Part shown: one piece after another, positions 24,476 to 38,359 of the stretch | How the letters are laid out: every line of letters begins with the position of its first letter | How positions within the stretch are numbered: position 1 is the first letter of the stretch | NCBI RefSeq assembly: GCF_006345805.1 | Contig: NC_043007.1 | Location: 16,616,001 to 16,680,000 of the forward strand | From: Octopus sinensis | Lineage: Eukaryota | Direction: 5' to 3' | DNA length: 64,000 nt | Program-made: the position numbers and the translations under genes | Notes under the pieces: model-generated | Database searches by the model: none | What the model was told of the DNA's origin: nothing | Seen by the model: the letters and a program-made list of their open reading frames with translations, nothing else

Positions 24476-27427
24476 TTCTATACATCATCATCATCATCAT
24501 CATCGTTTAACGTCCGCTTTCCATGCTAGCATGGGTTGGACGATTTTGACTGAGGGCTGGCAAACCAGATGGATGCACCAGGCTCCAATCTTGATCTGGC
24601 AGAGTTTCTACGGTTGGATGCCCTTCCTAACACCAACCACTCCGAGAGTGTAGTGGGTGTTTTTTACATATGCAGATATATTTCATAATGAAGTTTCTCA
24701 TGGTTTTATATTTTTTAATGATATTAGATTGCAAATTTAACAGATTAACATTTAAACTGCCATATCCAGCCCAAACTGGCGCGATCTGGCCTCTCACACT
24801 TGCCCAACAATGTCATTCTAAAAATAAACAATTACATCATTAGAATGTCAAAGGTATGAGATAATGCATGACTAATTCAGAACTATGTGAATAAATAAAC
24901 AATACATTTGGGTAATCTGAATGTTAAAGGATTAAAGAGAGATAGATTGTAATGGTATAATGGGATTACTGGAATATTTATTATAATGGCTATCTCATTT
25001 CACTTTTGTCTTCATATCTGATTGAGAGTTCGTTTGTAAGTTTATACTTTATATAAATTAATATTACTGCAGTCTGTTCACAAAGGGCCTAATATTAGAT
25101 TAATTTAGGTTAAAACCACAGGAATGCTCTGAAGTACGACTGAATCTTTTAGACATGTTTGTGTTAGATAAGTAGCATGTCAGCCAGTTTATTTTTACTC
25201 TTTTCAAGTGCAAAACGCAACTTCTTGTGTAGCACTCAGGCTGAACTTAACAGTGATCTTGGCTTCTCCAACTGACCAACACAGGTCAAATACTGGTCGT
25301 AATTACGAGCAAGAAATATCTGCAGTTTGGAAGCCCTGCTTTCACAAATTCAGTTATTTACAATGTTTGTTATTTATCCCCAGATCAGCCCTGGTCCAAC
25401 AGACCTATGATCAAAGGAGTTTTAGCTGTGACCTTTCTATTGCCAATCTTAAGGTCATTGGTGATCCTGTAATTACTATTATTTTTTTCCTCTCTCGTCT
25501 ATAATCATACAGTACTATAAGTATGTTGGCATTTGGAACTAATTTTCCTGGAACTTCATTAAATTTTGGTGTGGTTGATTAACCCTTTTGTTACTCACCC
25601 GGCCAAAACCGGCTCTGGCTCTGTGGTAAAATGTCTTGTTTTCATAAGTTTTGAATTAAAATATTCCACCAAGCCTTAGTCACAATTTATGTTTTTAACA
25701 CTAGCTTATTGATGACTAAGTTATTTTACTAAATTCTTTGTTATATTTAAAATAATTGAAAGAAACACAGAGCATCTCAAAATAAATACAGTAAAGAAAG
25801 GATTAAAGGCAAGTCTTTACCCAATAGGCCTTTAATCAAAAAGTGTTTCCTGGTTTGACAGACTTGCAGCAGATCATCTCTCCTTATAATCTATCCTACA
25901 ACATTCTTCCTCGCAGCATATATCCTTAATATCACCTCCCTCTACCTGTGCCCACTCATCACCTCCACCCCCATCTATCACTCCTTTTACAAAGTTCTAA
26001 ACCCACTCAGCCGTTCATACTCTCCAGTCCCTGGTTCACTTACCCCTATTCCTGTTATGTCTTCAATATCTCTTTCTCCTTTCCACACCTCTTTCTCCTT
26101 TCCACACCTGAGGTATCCTTGTTTCTTTAATGCAAAACTCTTGTTTTTTTCTATCCTTCAACAACATCCTCCTCTTCCCTCCACCTCATTTGAAGGATCT
26201 TGTCTTAAAAAAAGTTATTTGGTGATCTCACTGCTGCTGGTGCTTCTTTAGATACATCCAGCAGATTCTGTAAAGTGATTGGCATTAGGAGGGCATCCAA
26301 CCACAGAAACTATTCCAGAGAAGATAGTACAGCACAGTCCTCTGACTTGCCAGCTCTTGTCTAACCATCCAGCACAGGTCAGCATGGAAAACAGATGTTG
26401 AATAATAATAATATCAGTCAAGGTTTATTGCATAAGGAGTTATATTTTAGTCAGCAATACCATATTTGATATAACAACTGTTTGTACTAAGATGTCGATG
26501 CAGACAAAAATAAGCATACCTTCCAACATTTATTTAAGCTGATAGTATCTTGTGGTGGCTGTGATAAATTGTTGGCTGACTCTAAAAACCAACGTCTATT
26601 TTTGTGCCAAAAAATAGACAGAACATTCTAAAATAGCTTGCAATTTTCTTAGAAATAAGCTTCGATAGAGTACCAAGTAAATAGATTCTTCTTCAGTTTC
26701 AGTTGTTCAATCAACAGAACTATTTATTTATTGTCTTATAGTAACTGACTGAGTATTCCACAGTTACTTGTGCCCTTAATTGTAATCTAGACAAAATGAA
26801 TGGTATATTGTGACAGCTTGGACCCTTAGGACTACTGAAACAGTCCATCAAATGAACTTCCATAACACGGAGCAGCAACTGCTATTTCTTATTTGCTTAC
26901 TCCTAGAAAGTGTGAAAAATGGCGAATAATACTCTCGGAGTGGTTGGCGTTAGGAAGAGCATCCAGCTGTAGAAACTCTGCCAGATCAAGATTGGAGCCT
27001 GGTGCAGCCATCTGGTTCGCCAGCCCTCAGTCAAAATCGTCCAACCCATGCTAGCATGGAAAGCGGACGTTAAACGATGATGATGATTTTTATTAAACTT
27101 TGCTTTTGTTACATTTATTCAAACCCCAAAGAATCCCTCTCAACATATGGCTATGATGCTCCCCTAACTACTCTGCTCATCATCAGAGATGCACGTATCA
27201 TCAGCCATTAAGGGACATGCTCAAGTGGTTATAGTCATTTCTGCTTCAGCAACTTGGTGCTGAATCTGTCTGAAATATAAAGGAAGGTAGGTCAGTTTCA
27301 AAACATTGATGTCCAGGTCAGAAAAGCAAAGTTTGACGGGAATAGTAGTCATTTCCTTTTGATTTCTAGATAGATACAAATAGGAAATAACACTGACCAA
27401 AAGACAAAAAAAAAAAAAAATTATACA

Positions 27428-28137
27428 GTGGCTGTGTGGTAAGTAGCTTGCTTACCAACTACATGGTTCCGGGTTCAGTCCCACTGTGTGGCACCTTGGG
27501 CAAGTGTCTTCTACTATAGCCTCGAGCCGATCAAAGGCTTGTGAGTAGATTTGGTAGATGGAAACTGAAAGAAGCCCATCGTATATATGTATATTGGCTG
27601 TGTGGTAAGTAGCTTGCTTACCAACTACATGGTTCCGGGTTCAGTCCCACTGTGTGGCACCTTGGGCAAGTGTCTTCTACTATAGCCTCGAGCCGATCAA
27701 AGGCTTGTGAGTAGATTTGGTAGATGGAAACTGAAAGAAGCCCATCGTATATATGTATATTGGCTGTGTGGTAAGTAGCTTGCTTACCAACTACATGGTT
27801 CCGGGTTCAGTCCCACTGCGTGGCACCTTGGGCAAGTGTGTTCTACTATAGCCTCGGGCCGATCAAAGGCTTGTGAGTGGATTTGGTAGATGGAAACTGA
27901 AAGAAGCCCGTCGTATATATGTATATATATATGTGTGTATGTGTTTGTCCCCCCAACATCACTTGATGATGCTGGTGTGTTTACGTCCCCGTAACTTAGC
28001 AGTTTGGCAAAAGAGACCGATAGAATAAGTACTTGGCTTACAAAGAATAAGTCCCGGGGTTGATTTGCTCGACTAAAGGTGGTGCTCCAGTATGGCCGCA
28101 GTCAAATGACTGAAACAAGTAAAAGAGTAAAAAGAGT
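27428..28137 (+). mobile_element. CORE-like SINE with its 5' half in three tandem copies (period 166 bp)
   Basis: GGCTGTGTGGTAAG starts at 27430, 27596 and 27762. Confidence 0.92.
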
Positions 28138-28804
28138 GTAATTTCCATAATCTAGCCTGCCTGATTTTACTTGCAAAATTTGGGTCAACCCAAGACTACC
28201 TAATGCACCACTCAGTTGGATTGAAACTAAGACCTCACAATTATGAAGTAAGCTTCTTAGAACAATCATCAATGCTTGCAGAGCAGTTAAGCCAAACAAA
28301 TTGTGTGGGTGAGGAGTGGACATGGGCGAGTGTGTGTGTGTGTGTGTGTAATAGTTGGACTTCCATTTATAACTGTAAATTGTAATGAATGGATTAATTA
28401 GGATGTTACCTAATTTAAGTTGTACATAATTTACATTGCTTCAAATGAGAGGATTATATTGATATTAAACAGAACTAAGGTAAAAAGAGGAACTGCTCAC
28501 TGCTTCTAAAGTTAGAAATTGACTTTTTTTTAAATTTTAAATTAGACTTAATTAGTTAATTATATAACATTAAGCACTTTGCTGTTGTTGAACCTGATTA
28601 AAAACAAGTTTGAAATTTGATTCATGACTTATATAATTAAGGCTTGCAATAAAAACTATGTTAATTATGACCTTCCTTCTGTTCCATTACATAATCAAGA
28701 AAAATATTTAACCCAGTATTAGCAAAATAAATAAAAGGTGAAGAAATACAGTAATAGTAATTCTCTACATGTTTCAATTTATTGCTTACTATGGTAATAC
28801 TGTG

Positions 28805-29288
28805 AAGACGCATGGCTCAGTGGTTAGAGCATCGAGCTTACAATCGTGAGGTTGTGGGCTCAAATCCCGGACCAGGCTGCGCGTTGTGTTCTTGAGCAAG
28901 ACACTTTATTTCACGTTGCTCCAGTTCACTCAGCTGTAGAAATTAGTTGTGACGTCAGCTAGCGTTAGGAAGGGCATCCAGCTGTAGAAACACTGCCAGA
29001 TCAGACTGGGGCCTGGTGCAGCCTTCTGGCTTCCCAGATCCCGGTTGAACCATCCAACCCATGCTAGCATGGAAAGCGGACGTTAAACGATGATGATGAT
29101 GTCACAGGTGCCAAGCTGTATCGGCCGTTGCCTTTCCCTTGGATAACACTGGTGGCATGGAGAGGGGAGGCCAGTATGCATGGGCTACTGCTGGTCTTCC
29201 ATAAGCAACCTTGCCCGGACTTGTGCCTGGGAAGGTAACTTTCTAGGTGCAATCCCTTGGTCTGTATTGTGACCGAAGGGGGTCTCAG
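28805..29288 (+). mobile_element. tRNA-headed SINE interrupted by a (GAT)n-tailed element at ~28958-29100
   Basis: TGGCTCAGTGGTTAGAGC A box. TGACGTCA (28950) and TGATGTCA (29097) flank the insert. Confidence 0.75.
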
Positions 29289-29763
29289 AATAGTAATACT
29301 GCAAGATACTGTGTTACTATAAGCCTGCATGAGTTTCATCTTCATTAGCATTTTTTTTTTAAGGCAATGAGCTAATGGAATCATTAGCATGCCAGACAAA
29401 ATGCTTAGTAGCTTTTCTTCCATCTCTCTATGTTCTGAGTTCAAATTCTGCCAAGGATGACTTTGTCTTTCATCCTTACAGGGTTGACAAAATAAAGTAC
29501 CAGATCAGCTCTGGAGTGGATATAACTGACTGTACCCTTCTCCAGGATTATAATTATTATTCTATTATCATCATCATTATGGCAGAGAGCTGGCAGAATT
29601 GTTAGTACGACGAGAAAAATGCTTGTTCTGAGTTCAAATTCCACTGGGGTCAATTTTGCCTTTCATCTTTTCAGGGTCAGTAAAATAAGTACCAGTTGAA
29701 CACTGGGGTTGATGTAATTGACTCATTCCCAAAAATTGCTGCCTTTGTGGCAAAATTTGAAAC

Positions 29764-29817
<54 letters not shown>

Positions 29818-31659
29818 GGTAGGCAAACTGGCAGAATCATTAGCTTGCTGGACAAAGTGCTTTGGGTTAAAGAATGTCAGCAAACTGTTTTGTTCTATCT
29901 TTTATCTTTTACTTTTTTTTTAGTGTCCATGCTGGGGCACTGTTTTGAAAGCTTTACTGGAACAAATCAACCCCACTATTTTTAAAGTCTGTTATTTATT
30001 CTATTAGTCTCTTGCTGAACCATTAAGTTAGGGGAAGTGGTAGATGTCAAGCTCTGTGTGTGGACAAACACAAAGACACACACACGTATATACATACATA
30101 GACTGAGGTTCACTAAGGGTCTTCCACACAGTTTCCTTTTACCAAATTCACTCACAAGGCATTGGTTGGCCTGCGGTTGTTGTAGAAGACAGTTAACCAA
30201 GTTGCTGTGCAGTGGAACTGAACCTAGATTGGACTGGGTTTTAAGATCTCAGATCATGGACAGTGTGTTTGTCGAATGTGAATGGGTCTTGTTTGAAGTG
30301 AAAGCATGAAGACAGAAATGCATTGAAACAAAATGTGGGAGTGATATAATCAAACCTGAATTAATATTGTGGATTAGAGTGAGTGAGTGAGTGAGTTCAG
30401 TTGGTACATCATGCCAGTGAGTGGTCAGATAAGAAATTTCTAAATCCAAGCAATGTAACTCATAGAACCCTGGACAGCCCAAGTAGGAGGTTTTCATGCT
30501 AGATATAATCAAAAGTGATATCATGAACATATTTTTGGGTGTTTTCTTTTTAAAATTTTATTTTTAATAACTGACCCAGCTTGTTTGTAAAACCTGTAGC
30601 TTGCCTGCCATACATGCTGAATAGAAGTGGGCTATGAAATTAATAAATTAATATTTAAAATAACTCCTCACTTCCTACTCGTGTGGTCTCAGAATTCAGT
30701 CCCACTGCATGGTACTTTGGGCAAGTGTCTTCTACTATAGCCCCAGGCCAACTAGTCTTGTGAGTGGATTTGGATGATGGAAACTGAATGAAGCCCTGCT
30801 GTGTGTGTGTGTGTAACGAAGGCAAATCAAATAGTTATGGTTTGAAATCATTTAATACGTATGTTTCAGGACTGTAATATATAACAGGAAATGCGTCCAT
30901 TACACAAGACCTTTCTCAGTTAAAACATTTCAATATATAAACCAGTTGAGGGAAATATATTTCAATATGTATGGTCTGAGCCAAGGTTGGCTTCTAAGTT
31001 AGGAGGGCAGGTATGTATCGAGAGGGAGAAGAAAGGGACATAGAGCGAGAGAGGAGAGAAAAAAGGAGAGATATTATCTTGTAGCTTTGAGATTTTGACG
31101 ATGTGGTTGTTTATTCTTAGAATGACATTGCAAGGTAGGTGTGACAGGCCAGATCTGACCTGCTTGAACATGAAACAGGCAGAATATTTTGACCAGATAT
31201 GGCCAGTTTAGATGCTAAAGGGTTAAATAAGAATGATGGGAATTGTACTCAGGAAAATCGTAGGATTTTTTTGCATAGTCTCGTTTTGACAAGATATATT
31301 TTTATGTTTTTAAAAAATCTGTATATTTCTATCGTATTTTGAATTTTACAGTGTTAATTAGATTTTAAAAAATAAATGGATAGAAGTTGCTTCTGTGTCT
31401 ACAAAATATTTGTGAATGGGTTTAGATCCTGAAAATTTCAAAAACCCTGGTGTATATACAATGACAGACCTGCCCCCCCCCCCTCCACCTCCTTCCTATC
31501 TTTATATAGCATGTGTTCTAGGTCTGGCTGAGTGTTAGAAGTAAATTGTTCATGCTAGACTTGCTATTAAGCATTGATTGCTGCTGCTGCTTGTTTAAGA
31601 ATATAAAAATAAAACAAAAAGAAAGTAAAATCAACAAACAAACAAACAAAAAAAAAAGA

Positions 31660-32010
31660 GCTACTGCTTACTGCCACCATTACTGCTTGTGGGGTTTCTG
31701 AGGCTGCTGCTGACATCACCTTCACACCACCATTACTTCAACTATTATTACATGCTGGGTTCTGGAGCTGCTACTGTTACTACTACCATCATTTCTATCT
31801 CTACCACCACCACCACCACTACTACAACTACTAATACCATTACCTTTTTTTAATACTACTACTACCACCACCACCACCACTATAGTGTATGTCTGTTGCT
31901 GCTATTGTTACTACTACAACTACCGCCACAGCTGTTGCTATTACTACTATTATTACTACTACTACTACTATTACTATTTCTACCATTGCCACCACAACCA
32001 CTATTTAATA
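31660..32010. repeat. Mosaic (ACT)n/(CCA)n/(ATT)n low-complexity tract
   Basis: Read directly. Explains the poly-Leu ORF at 31896. Confidence 0.9.
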
Positions 32011-35000
32011 CAAAAAAAGGTCTAGCACAGCTAAGGCAACTGCTGAAAGATCAGCCCTCTCCCTCTGAAACTGATAAATTATAAGGCTCAGCAATGTTTA
32101 TTGATTTTAAAAATATTTTTATTATTATTATTATTATTATTATTACCTAAAAGTGGAAGCAGTTTTGTTTTTGTTATTAATTTCTTCTTCTTTCTTTTAT
32201 TCAGTTACTGACATTTTCACCTGTGTTTTATAATTGTATTTTCCACTTCTTCTCTTCTCTGTGGCGTTTGATTTTTGCCAATGTTAGACTAACTCGGGGT
32301 TATAGTCAGCTTCCTTTCTTTTAAACAAGAAGGCTGTAAAAAAAAAAATTTTTTTTAAAGTAAATAAATAAAAATCCAAATGACCCCCCATCCTCTCTTC
32401 TTCCTGGGTTTCTAATAGCTTGTATAGTAATAGTAAGCTCATTACATATGAACAGACAACCACCGCCATCCTCTTTTATTGATCCAATTATCTAGAATAT
32501 ATAAGATCTGCTTATCTATCTATTTATGGTGGAATTCTTTATCTTTTGTTTTTGTTGTTGTTTTTTTTAAAAGACAAGAGTTGATATTGTAATCTTAAGA
32601 AGCATCATCGTCATATTATAAATTCCAGTTTGCCATTCCATACCAGCATCAGTTGGACCAGCTTCTCAAATAATGCAACATTTTCCTTCATTCATTTATT
32701 TATTTATTGTGTCACGTATTTAATTACAGGGCATGATGACTGGAATGGTTTTTAAGGTGCTTGGATGCTGGTCCGTAAAATTCTTGCTGCTAAAACCCTT
32801 GCTTCAAGCGTTCTCTCTTTAAGAAGTGCATATCTTATATCTTAGACACAAAACCATCTTCTTGGTTTATCAATGGCAGCCAACTTTATTGAGGGGCATT
32901 AATGGAGATATCTAGGATTCAATAGTGGTAATGGTAGGGAGCCGCTCTATGAACGCATTATTCCAATGATTTGGTTGTATATTCTTCTGTCTTGGTTATT
33001 GCTACAGAATTATAAAGGTTTAATGAAAAACCTAATATTTCTGTCTTTCTGCTTGTGCAGTGTGTGTAGTGTTTTGAGTAGTTCAAATATTGATTTTTAA
33101 AACAAATTTTATATTTGATGTATTTTGTTTTTGTTTTTTAAACTAGGCACAGGGCCAATTTTTGCAGAGGAACTGTCTACTTAATTGAATCATTGCCAGT
33201 ATATTACTGATCGTTATTTATCAGCACTAGATGGATTTTTATAAAACTCAGAGCACTGACATAGTGACTTGATACTATAATTGCTGTTTGTCCTTCATTG
33301 TACGGCCATGACCATCCCTACTGCCCTCATAATTCTAATATATTTATCTTTCGACCAGATGTTTAACTCTATCTCAAGGTTGCAATTTACATCTCAAAAT
33401 TTCTATCTTCTTCAAGAGCCAATAAAATGAGTTTCAGTAATAAAAAAAAATTAAAAAAAAAACAGGGGTCAATACAATCAGATGCTCCCCCTCCCCTCAA
33501 ATGGCCTTATACCTATTTAAGAAATCAATATTTCTATACTCCTGTTGGCTGTGTATATGGTTCTGTTTGTCTGTAATTCCAGTATGCAAGAGGGAACACT
33601 GATGGACTGTCTAGGTGACATATCAGTATGTTTGCTGGCTTGTAATATTTAGTATTAATCTTGTGATTGGTAAAATAATATATTAAGACACGCTGCAATA
33701 AGTTGGAAGAATACATATTTTTTTACTCTTACTGGTTTCAGTTATTTGACTGTGGCCATGCTGGAGCACCACCCTAAAGGGTTTTAGTCGAAGAAGTCGA
33801 CCCCAGGACTTATTCTTTGTATGCCTAGTACTTATTCTATTGGTCTCTTTTGCTGAACCGCTAAGTCACAGGGACATAAACACATCAGGTTTCTTTTGCT
33901 GAACTGCTAAGTTACAGGGACATAAACACACCAGCATCAGTTGTCAAGCGATGGTGGAGGAACAAACACACACACGCACATGGCCGGCTTCTTTCCGTTT
34001 CTGTCTATCAAATCCACTCGTAGGGCTTTGCCCAAGGTGCCACACAGTGAAACTGAACCTGGAACCATGTGGTTGGGAAGCAAGCTTCTTACTGATCATA
34101 TTCAATGTATTAATTTTAGAAAATAAAGACCAAATTGCTGCAGTTATATCATGTTTTGTGTAATCAGCAGCAGACAAGGGTATGCATTTACAAAACTATC
34201 TAGGTTTTATTTTATCATGATATAAACTCTAGATAGGTTGTTATGTTCTCAGGCAAACAAAGTTGCCCTTTGGACCCTGCGTGTCTATGCTTGTTTTGCT
34301 AACCAGTTTGTAGTGTATATTAAAGTGGATTCTATCATACCTCCAGCACTAATGAGATTACCTTGTACCTTGAAAGATTAACAGGTCTTCATTTCTCAAC
34401 AGTGTTTCCCTTCATTGAAGGCAACACGAGCAAGGTGGCAGGATGGATACAGAAGATAGAATGGTGACAAAGTTAGGGGGTCAAAGGAGCAAGGGTGATG
34501 GGAGTAGAGAAGAACATTGATTAGGAGGAGAGGGTGATAGAGGAGGAAGTAATGGAAGAGAGATGGTGCTAGAACCTAGGGGGTCAAAGGAGCAAGAGCA
34601 ATGGAGGTAGGGAAGAACAGTGATTATGAGAGGGTGATTGAGGAGGAAGTAATGGAAGAGAGACAGTGCTAGAACCTAAATCAGAGAAATAAATACTTGA
34701 ATCAGTTGATTTGTATGTATTTCTAAACCTAGTGTTGTATGTTATAAACAGTGATTACATTATTAGATATTGAATTCTTTTGACAAGATTAGTCTTTGTA
34801 AATGACTGACTGCAGTCAGTTTAATTGGTTCCTTCCAGTTTACCAATGTCTCTTGTTTTATTAATTTCAAGAAGATTATATATAAATTTCACCTCAGAAT
34901 CTATTGTTTCTGTCGAGTTGTCTTATTTAAAAAAAATATTTTTGAAATGTTACCAGATACAAAAAAGCACAAATATATTTTGTCATCATAGACATGGCTT

Positions 35001-36060
35001 AGGTTTATATTTTTTTACCATCTGCTATTTTCTTCCTAAATGCCTTAAATGAAACATTACTAAAGATTGTAATCTTTCAAGCTATTAGCTTCGTCTTTAG
35101 CGACGACGCATTGTTTTATATTTATTTCTGCACTATGGACGGTTAATAGTAACAAAAATAAAAAAGAGCAGGCAAAGAAATAGTCTACTTGGTCAGTCAA
35201 GTTTGTAGTAAATTTGAAGTGCAGAAGTAAAGACTATGATATTATTTACACTCTTACATTTGCTGTGAGAACAAGTGATAACTGTTTGTGGTTAGCCATT
35301 GGTTGCTAATTACAGCACTGTTAGTTCAAAGACAACATGAATAGCAGTAATTTATGGAAGCTGGGTTTTAGAGAGGAAATTATTAAAATAACACCACTTC
35401 CCCTTACTTGCTGGAAAAACGAAAATAATATTGGCCGTTGACTAATATAGTTTTTCTTCACTGCGTATTGATTTTTCAGTTAGCTTTTTTAATGATGCAT
35501 TTATTAAATACTCTGGCGCTGATTCTTCCATTGTTTTTGATGCAGATAATATCTTTACACTAGTTATCTTTAAACAGTTTTTTTTGTTGTATGCTAGCAA
35601 AAGCTGACACCTGTGCATTTACTTAGGGGTTGCTCTATCATTACATAAGCAAGTGTGTTGAAATCTATGCTTTGCTAATGCAGTCAGAATAAGACTGAAA
35701 CATGCCCAGGGTTGTCTCCTTTACTTGCCAGAAGGACAAAAATATTACTAGTAATTGACTAACACAGTTTATATTTTCTTTCTTAATCACATATTTAATA
35801 TCATTTCAATAGTGTTGGCATTAATTATGTTAACATGGCTTTCATGTTGATGGTGTCTTTGAATTAGTTAATCTTTATGCCAGTTATTGTATGAAATTAT
35901 TCACTTTGTGTTTCTTTGATCATCATTTCAACAAGAGCAAAGCCAGAACAGTAATAGTGAAACATGTCAGTCTTCTATACATGACAGAAAGAGGAAAATA
36001 TTTAAATCATTATGACCCTCTACCTTCAAGATTAAAAATTTTTTTTCTCATTTATACATG

Positions 36061-36099
<39 letters not shown>

Positions 36100-36227
36100 T
36101 GTTAGTGCATCAGACAAAATGCTTATTGGCATTTTGTCTGTCTTTGTGTTCTGAGTTTGAATTCTGCCATGGTCAACTTAACCGTTCATATTGGCCTTGT
36201 GCTAATAATAGGATTATTATTATTATT

Positions 36228-36521
36228 ATGAATGGAGCCATTCTGAGGATACACCTGTAAGAAAAAGGCATTACAAAAGGAGAAAGGGGCTCTCTACTCG
36301 CCTTTTGACTAGGCTACCGTGGCTTTTATGGGTTTTTCCACCAGGAACCTTTCGAAGCGCCTCCCCCTATTGGGAGTTTTTCATCGTTAAATATTTTCGT
36401 TGTTACACTGTTTTTCACACGGATTTTTGAAACAGACAAAACCCTTTGTAACTTTCGTCCTGTGTTTTGTCCCTTTATGTTATAATTAATTTTTGTCAGC
36501 CTTTGTGGCCAATAAAAGAAT
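36228..36521 (+). mobile_element. 3' end of a LINE (last codons + 3'UTR), possibly Tx1/L1 clade
   Basis: NGAILRIHL* at 36231-36260, then a UTR ending TGTTTTGTCCCTTTATG...CAGCCTTTGTGGCCAATAAAAGAA. Starts directly after (TAT)n. Confidence 0.55.
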
Positions 36522-38014
36522 TAATTATCATAAGGGCTGTGTATGCCATCAAACTGACACTGAGGCATAAATATACAAAGCTCAATATACCCACCAAGAT
36601 TACCCATCTGATAAGAGTACACAAGGGGCACATGCATGACATGGTGATATATCAAGATAAAGTGCACTTGACCTTGTAGGTGGAACCCAGTTAGAATTTT
36701 CTCCAGGTCCGGTAGCCAATCTCAGTCGAATAAGAGTTGTTTAAGGATGATAAATGAAACACCTATGTTTCCAGGGTTGAATTATTCAAACTCTGCTCAT
36801 GTACTACTACTACTACTACTGCTGCTGCAGCTACTACTACTACTACTACTACTACATGATCACTGGGGTTGATGTAATCAACTTACCCCCACATCCTGAA
36901 CTTGCTGGCCTTGTGCCAAAATTCGAACCCATTATTATTATTGTTGTTGTTGTTGTTAAGGTGGTGAGCTGGCAGAATCATTAGCATATTGGGAGAAATG
37001 CTTAGCAGTATTTCGTCTGTTGCTGTGTTCTGAGTTCAAATTCCACCAGGGTCGACAAAATAAGCACCAGTTGTGTACTGAGGTCGATGTAATTGACAGT
37101 CCCCTAAATTTCAGGCCTTGTACCTCTAGTAGAAAGGATTATTATTATTATTGTTTCTTAATGTGGGGAGTTGGCTGCACCATTAGCACATCAGAATGCT
37201 TAGCTGCATTACTTCTGACTCTTTACATTTTGAGTTCAAATCCCACCAAGGTCAACTGTGCCTTTCATACTTTGGGTGGGTGGGAGGTGTCAATAAAATA
37301 AAGTACCAGTCAGATTCTAGGGTTTGATGTAATTGACTTATACCCTACTGGAATTGCTGGCCTTGTGCCAAAATTTTAAATCTCCTTCCCCTAAATTCTT
37401 ACCTAAATCCAGTATGAATACATATTCAGGCAAGCAAGGTACACAGAAGTTGTTCTTATTATGCCTCTAAGACAATATCATCTGACCAGAGGCCTGGAAT
37501 TGTTCTTTCCAAAAGTGCCAGTTTGATTGGTCTATCTTCTTCCTTTGTACAGTGGAGAAGACTCAATCTTACATAGCTACTTCAAGGCAATAATAATAAT
37601 TAAAATGTAGGATCTTATTTAATCTATTTTATAGTGATACAGATTGAAAATCATAAAATTCCAATCATATACGTATCCAGATTTTATCTGGACTTCTTCA
37701 GTTGGATGCAAAATTCCTGATGATTTAAGAAAATCAATATAGACAGACACAGTTGTTTCAATCAGAAAAGGTAGTGAAAGACAGATAGTAACCATGAGAA
37801 TCAAGATAGATTCAGTTCTGCAAATCAGAAAGAGGAAGGCAAGGAATGTATTTAGTCTCCCCCACCACTGCCTCCACCAATAATACACCATGATTCAATA
37901 GCGTTAACACTATTTTACCTGGAAGCCCCTTTATGGTTGCTCATCTTGCTAGAAATAATAGCCAAATTTCCCCCCCATTTCTGATTCAAAACACTCTGTC
38001 TATCTTGATATCCT

Positions 38015-38244
38015 TTAACCCTTTCGTTACCAACCCAGCTGAAACCGGCTCTGGCTCTTTTGTATAAATGACTTGTTTTCATAAGTTTTGAATTAAAATC
38101 TTCCACCAAATCTTAGTTAAAATTTATGTTCCTAACACTAGCTTAATGATAACAAAGTTAATTTACTAAATTTCTTTGTTATATTTAAAATAATTGAAAG
38201 AAACACAGAGCATCTCAAAATAAATACAGTAATGAAAGGCTTAA
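38015..38244 (+). mobile_element. TTAA-flanked piggyBac-type MITE family B. Also 25579-25806 and ~60660-60883
   Basis: TTAA-CCCTTTCGTTAC at 38015 and GTAACGAAAGGG-TTAA at 60868-60883 define the TIR. Three similar copies. Confidence 0.85.
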
Positions 38245-38359
38245 TTAACTGGTATTCACCATCAAACCAGAGAAGTCAAGATTGAAATAACATATTGTGT
38301 GTGATTGAAGTTTTATGATTTTTGATTTTCATTTACTTTATTACTATGAAATAAATTGC

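Noticed and set aside
27430-27930. CRISPR-like or satellite array
   Set aside because: No unique spacers. The units are duplicated SINE halves in eukaryotic DNA.
29064-29923. ORFs with poly-Ile and similar homopolymer ORFs elsewhere in the track
   Set aside because: Translations of microsatellites and SINEs. Most 60-130 aa ORFs in the track are of this kind.
36232-36316. Hammerhead-like arrangement CTGAGGA-hairpin-GAAA-stem (AAGGC/GCCTT)
   Set aside because: It needs an extra base before GAAA, has a poor UUU cleavage triplet and a weak stem I, and the core lies in the apparent last codons of a LINE ORF.
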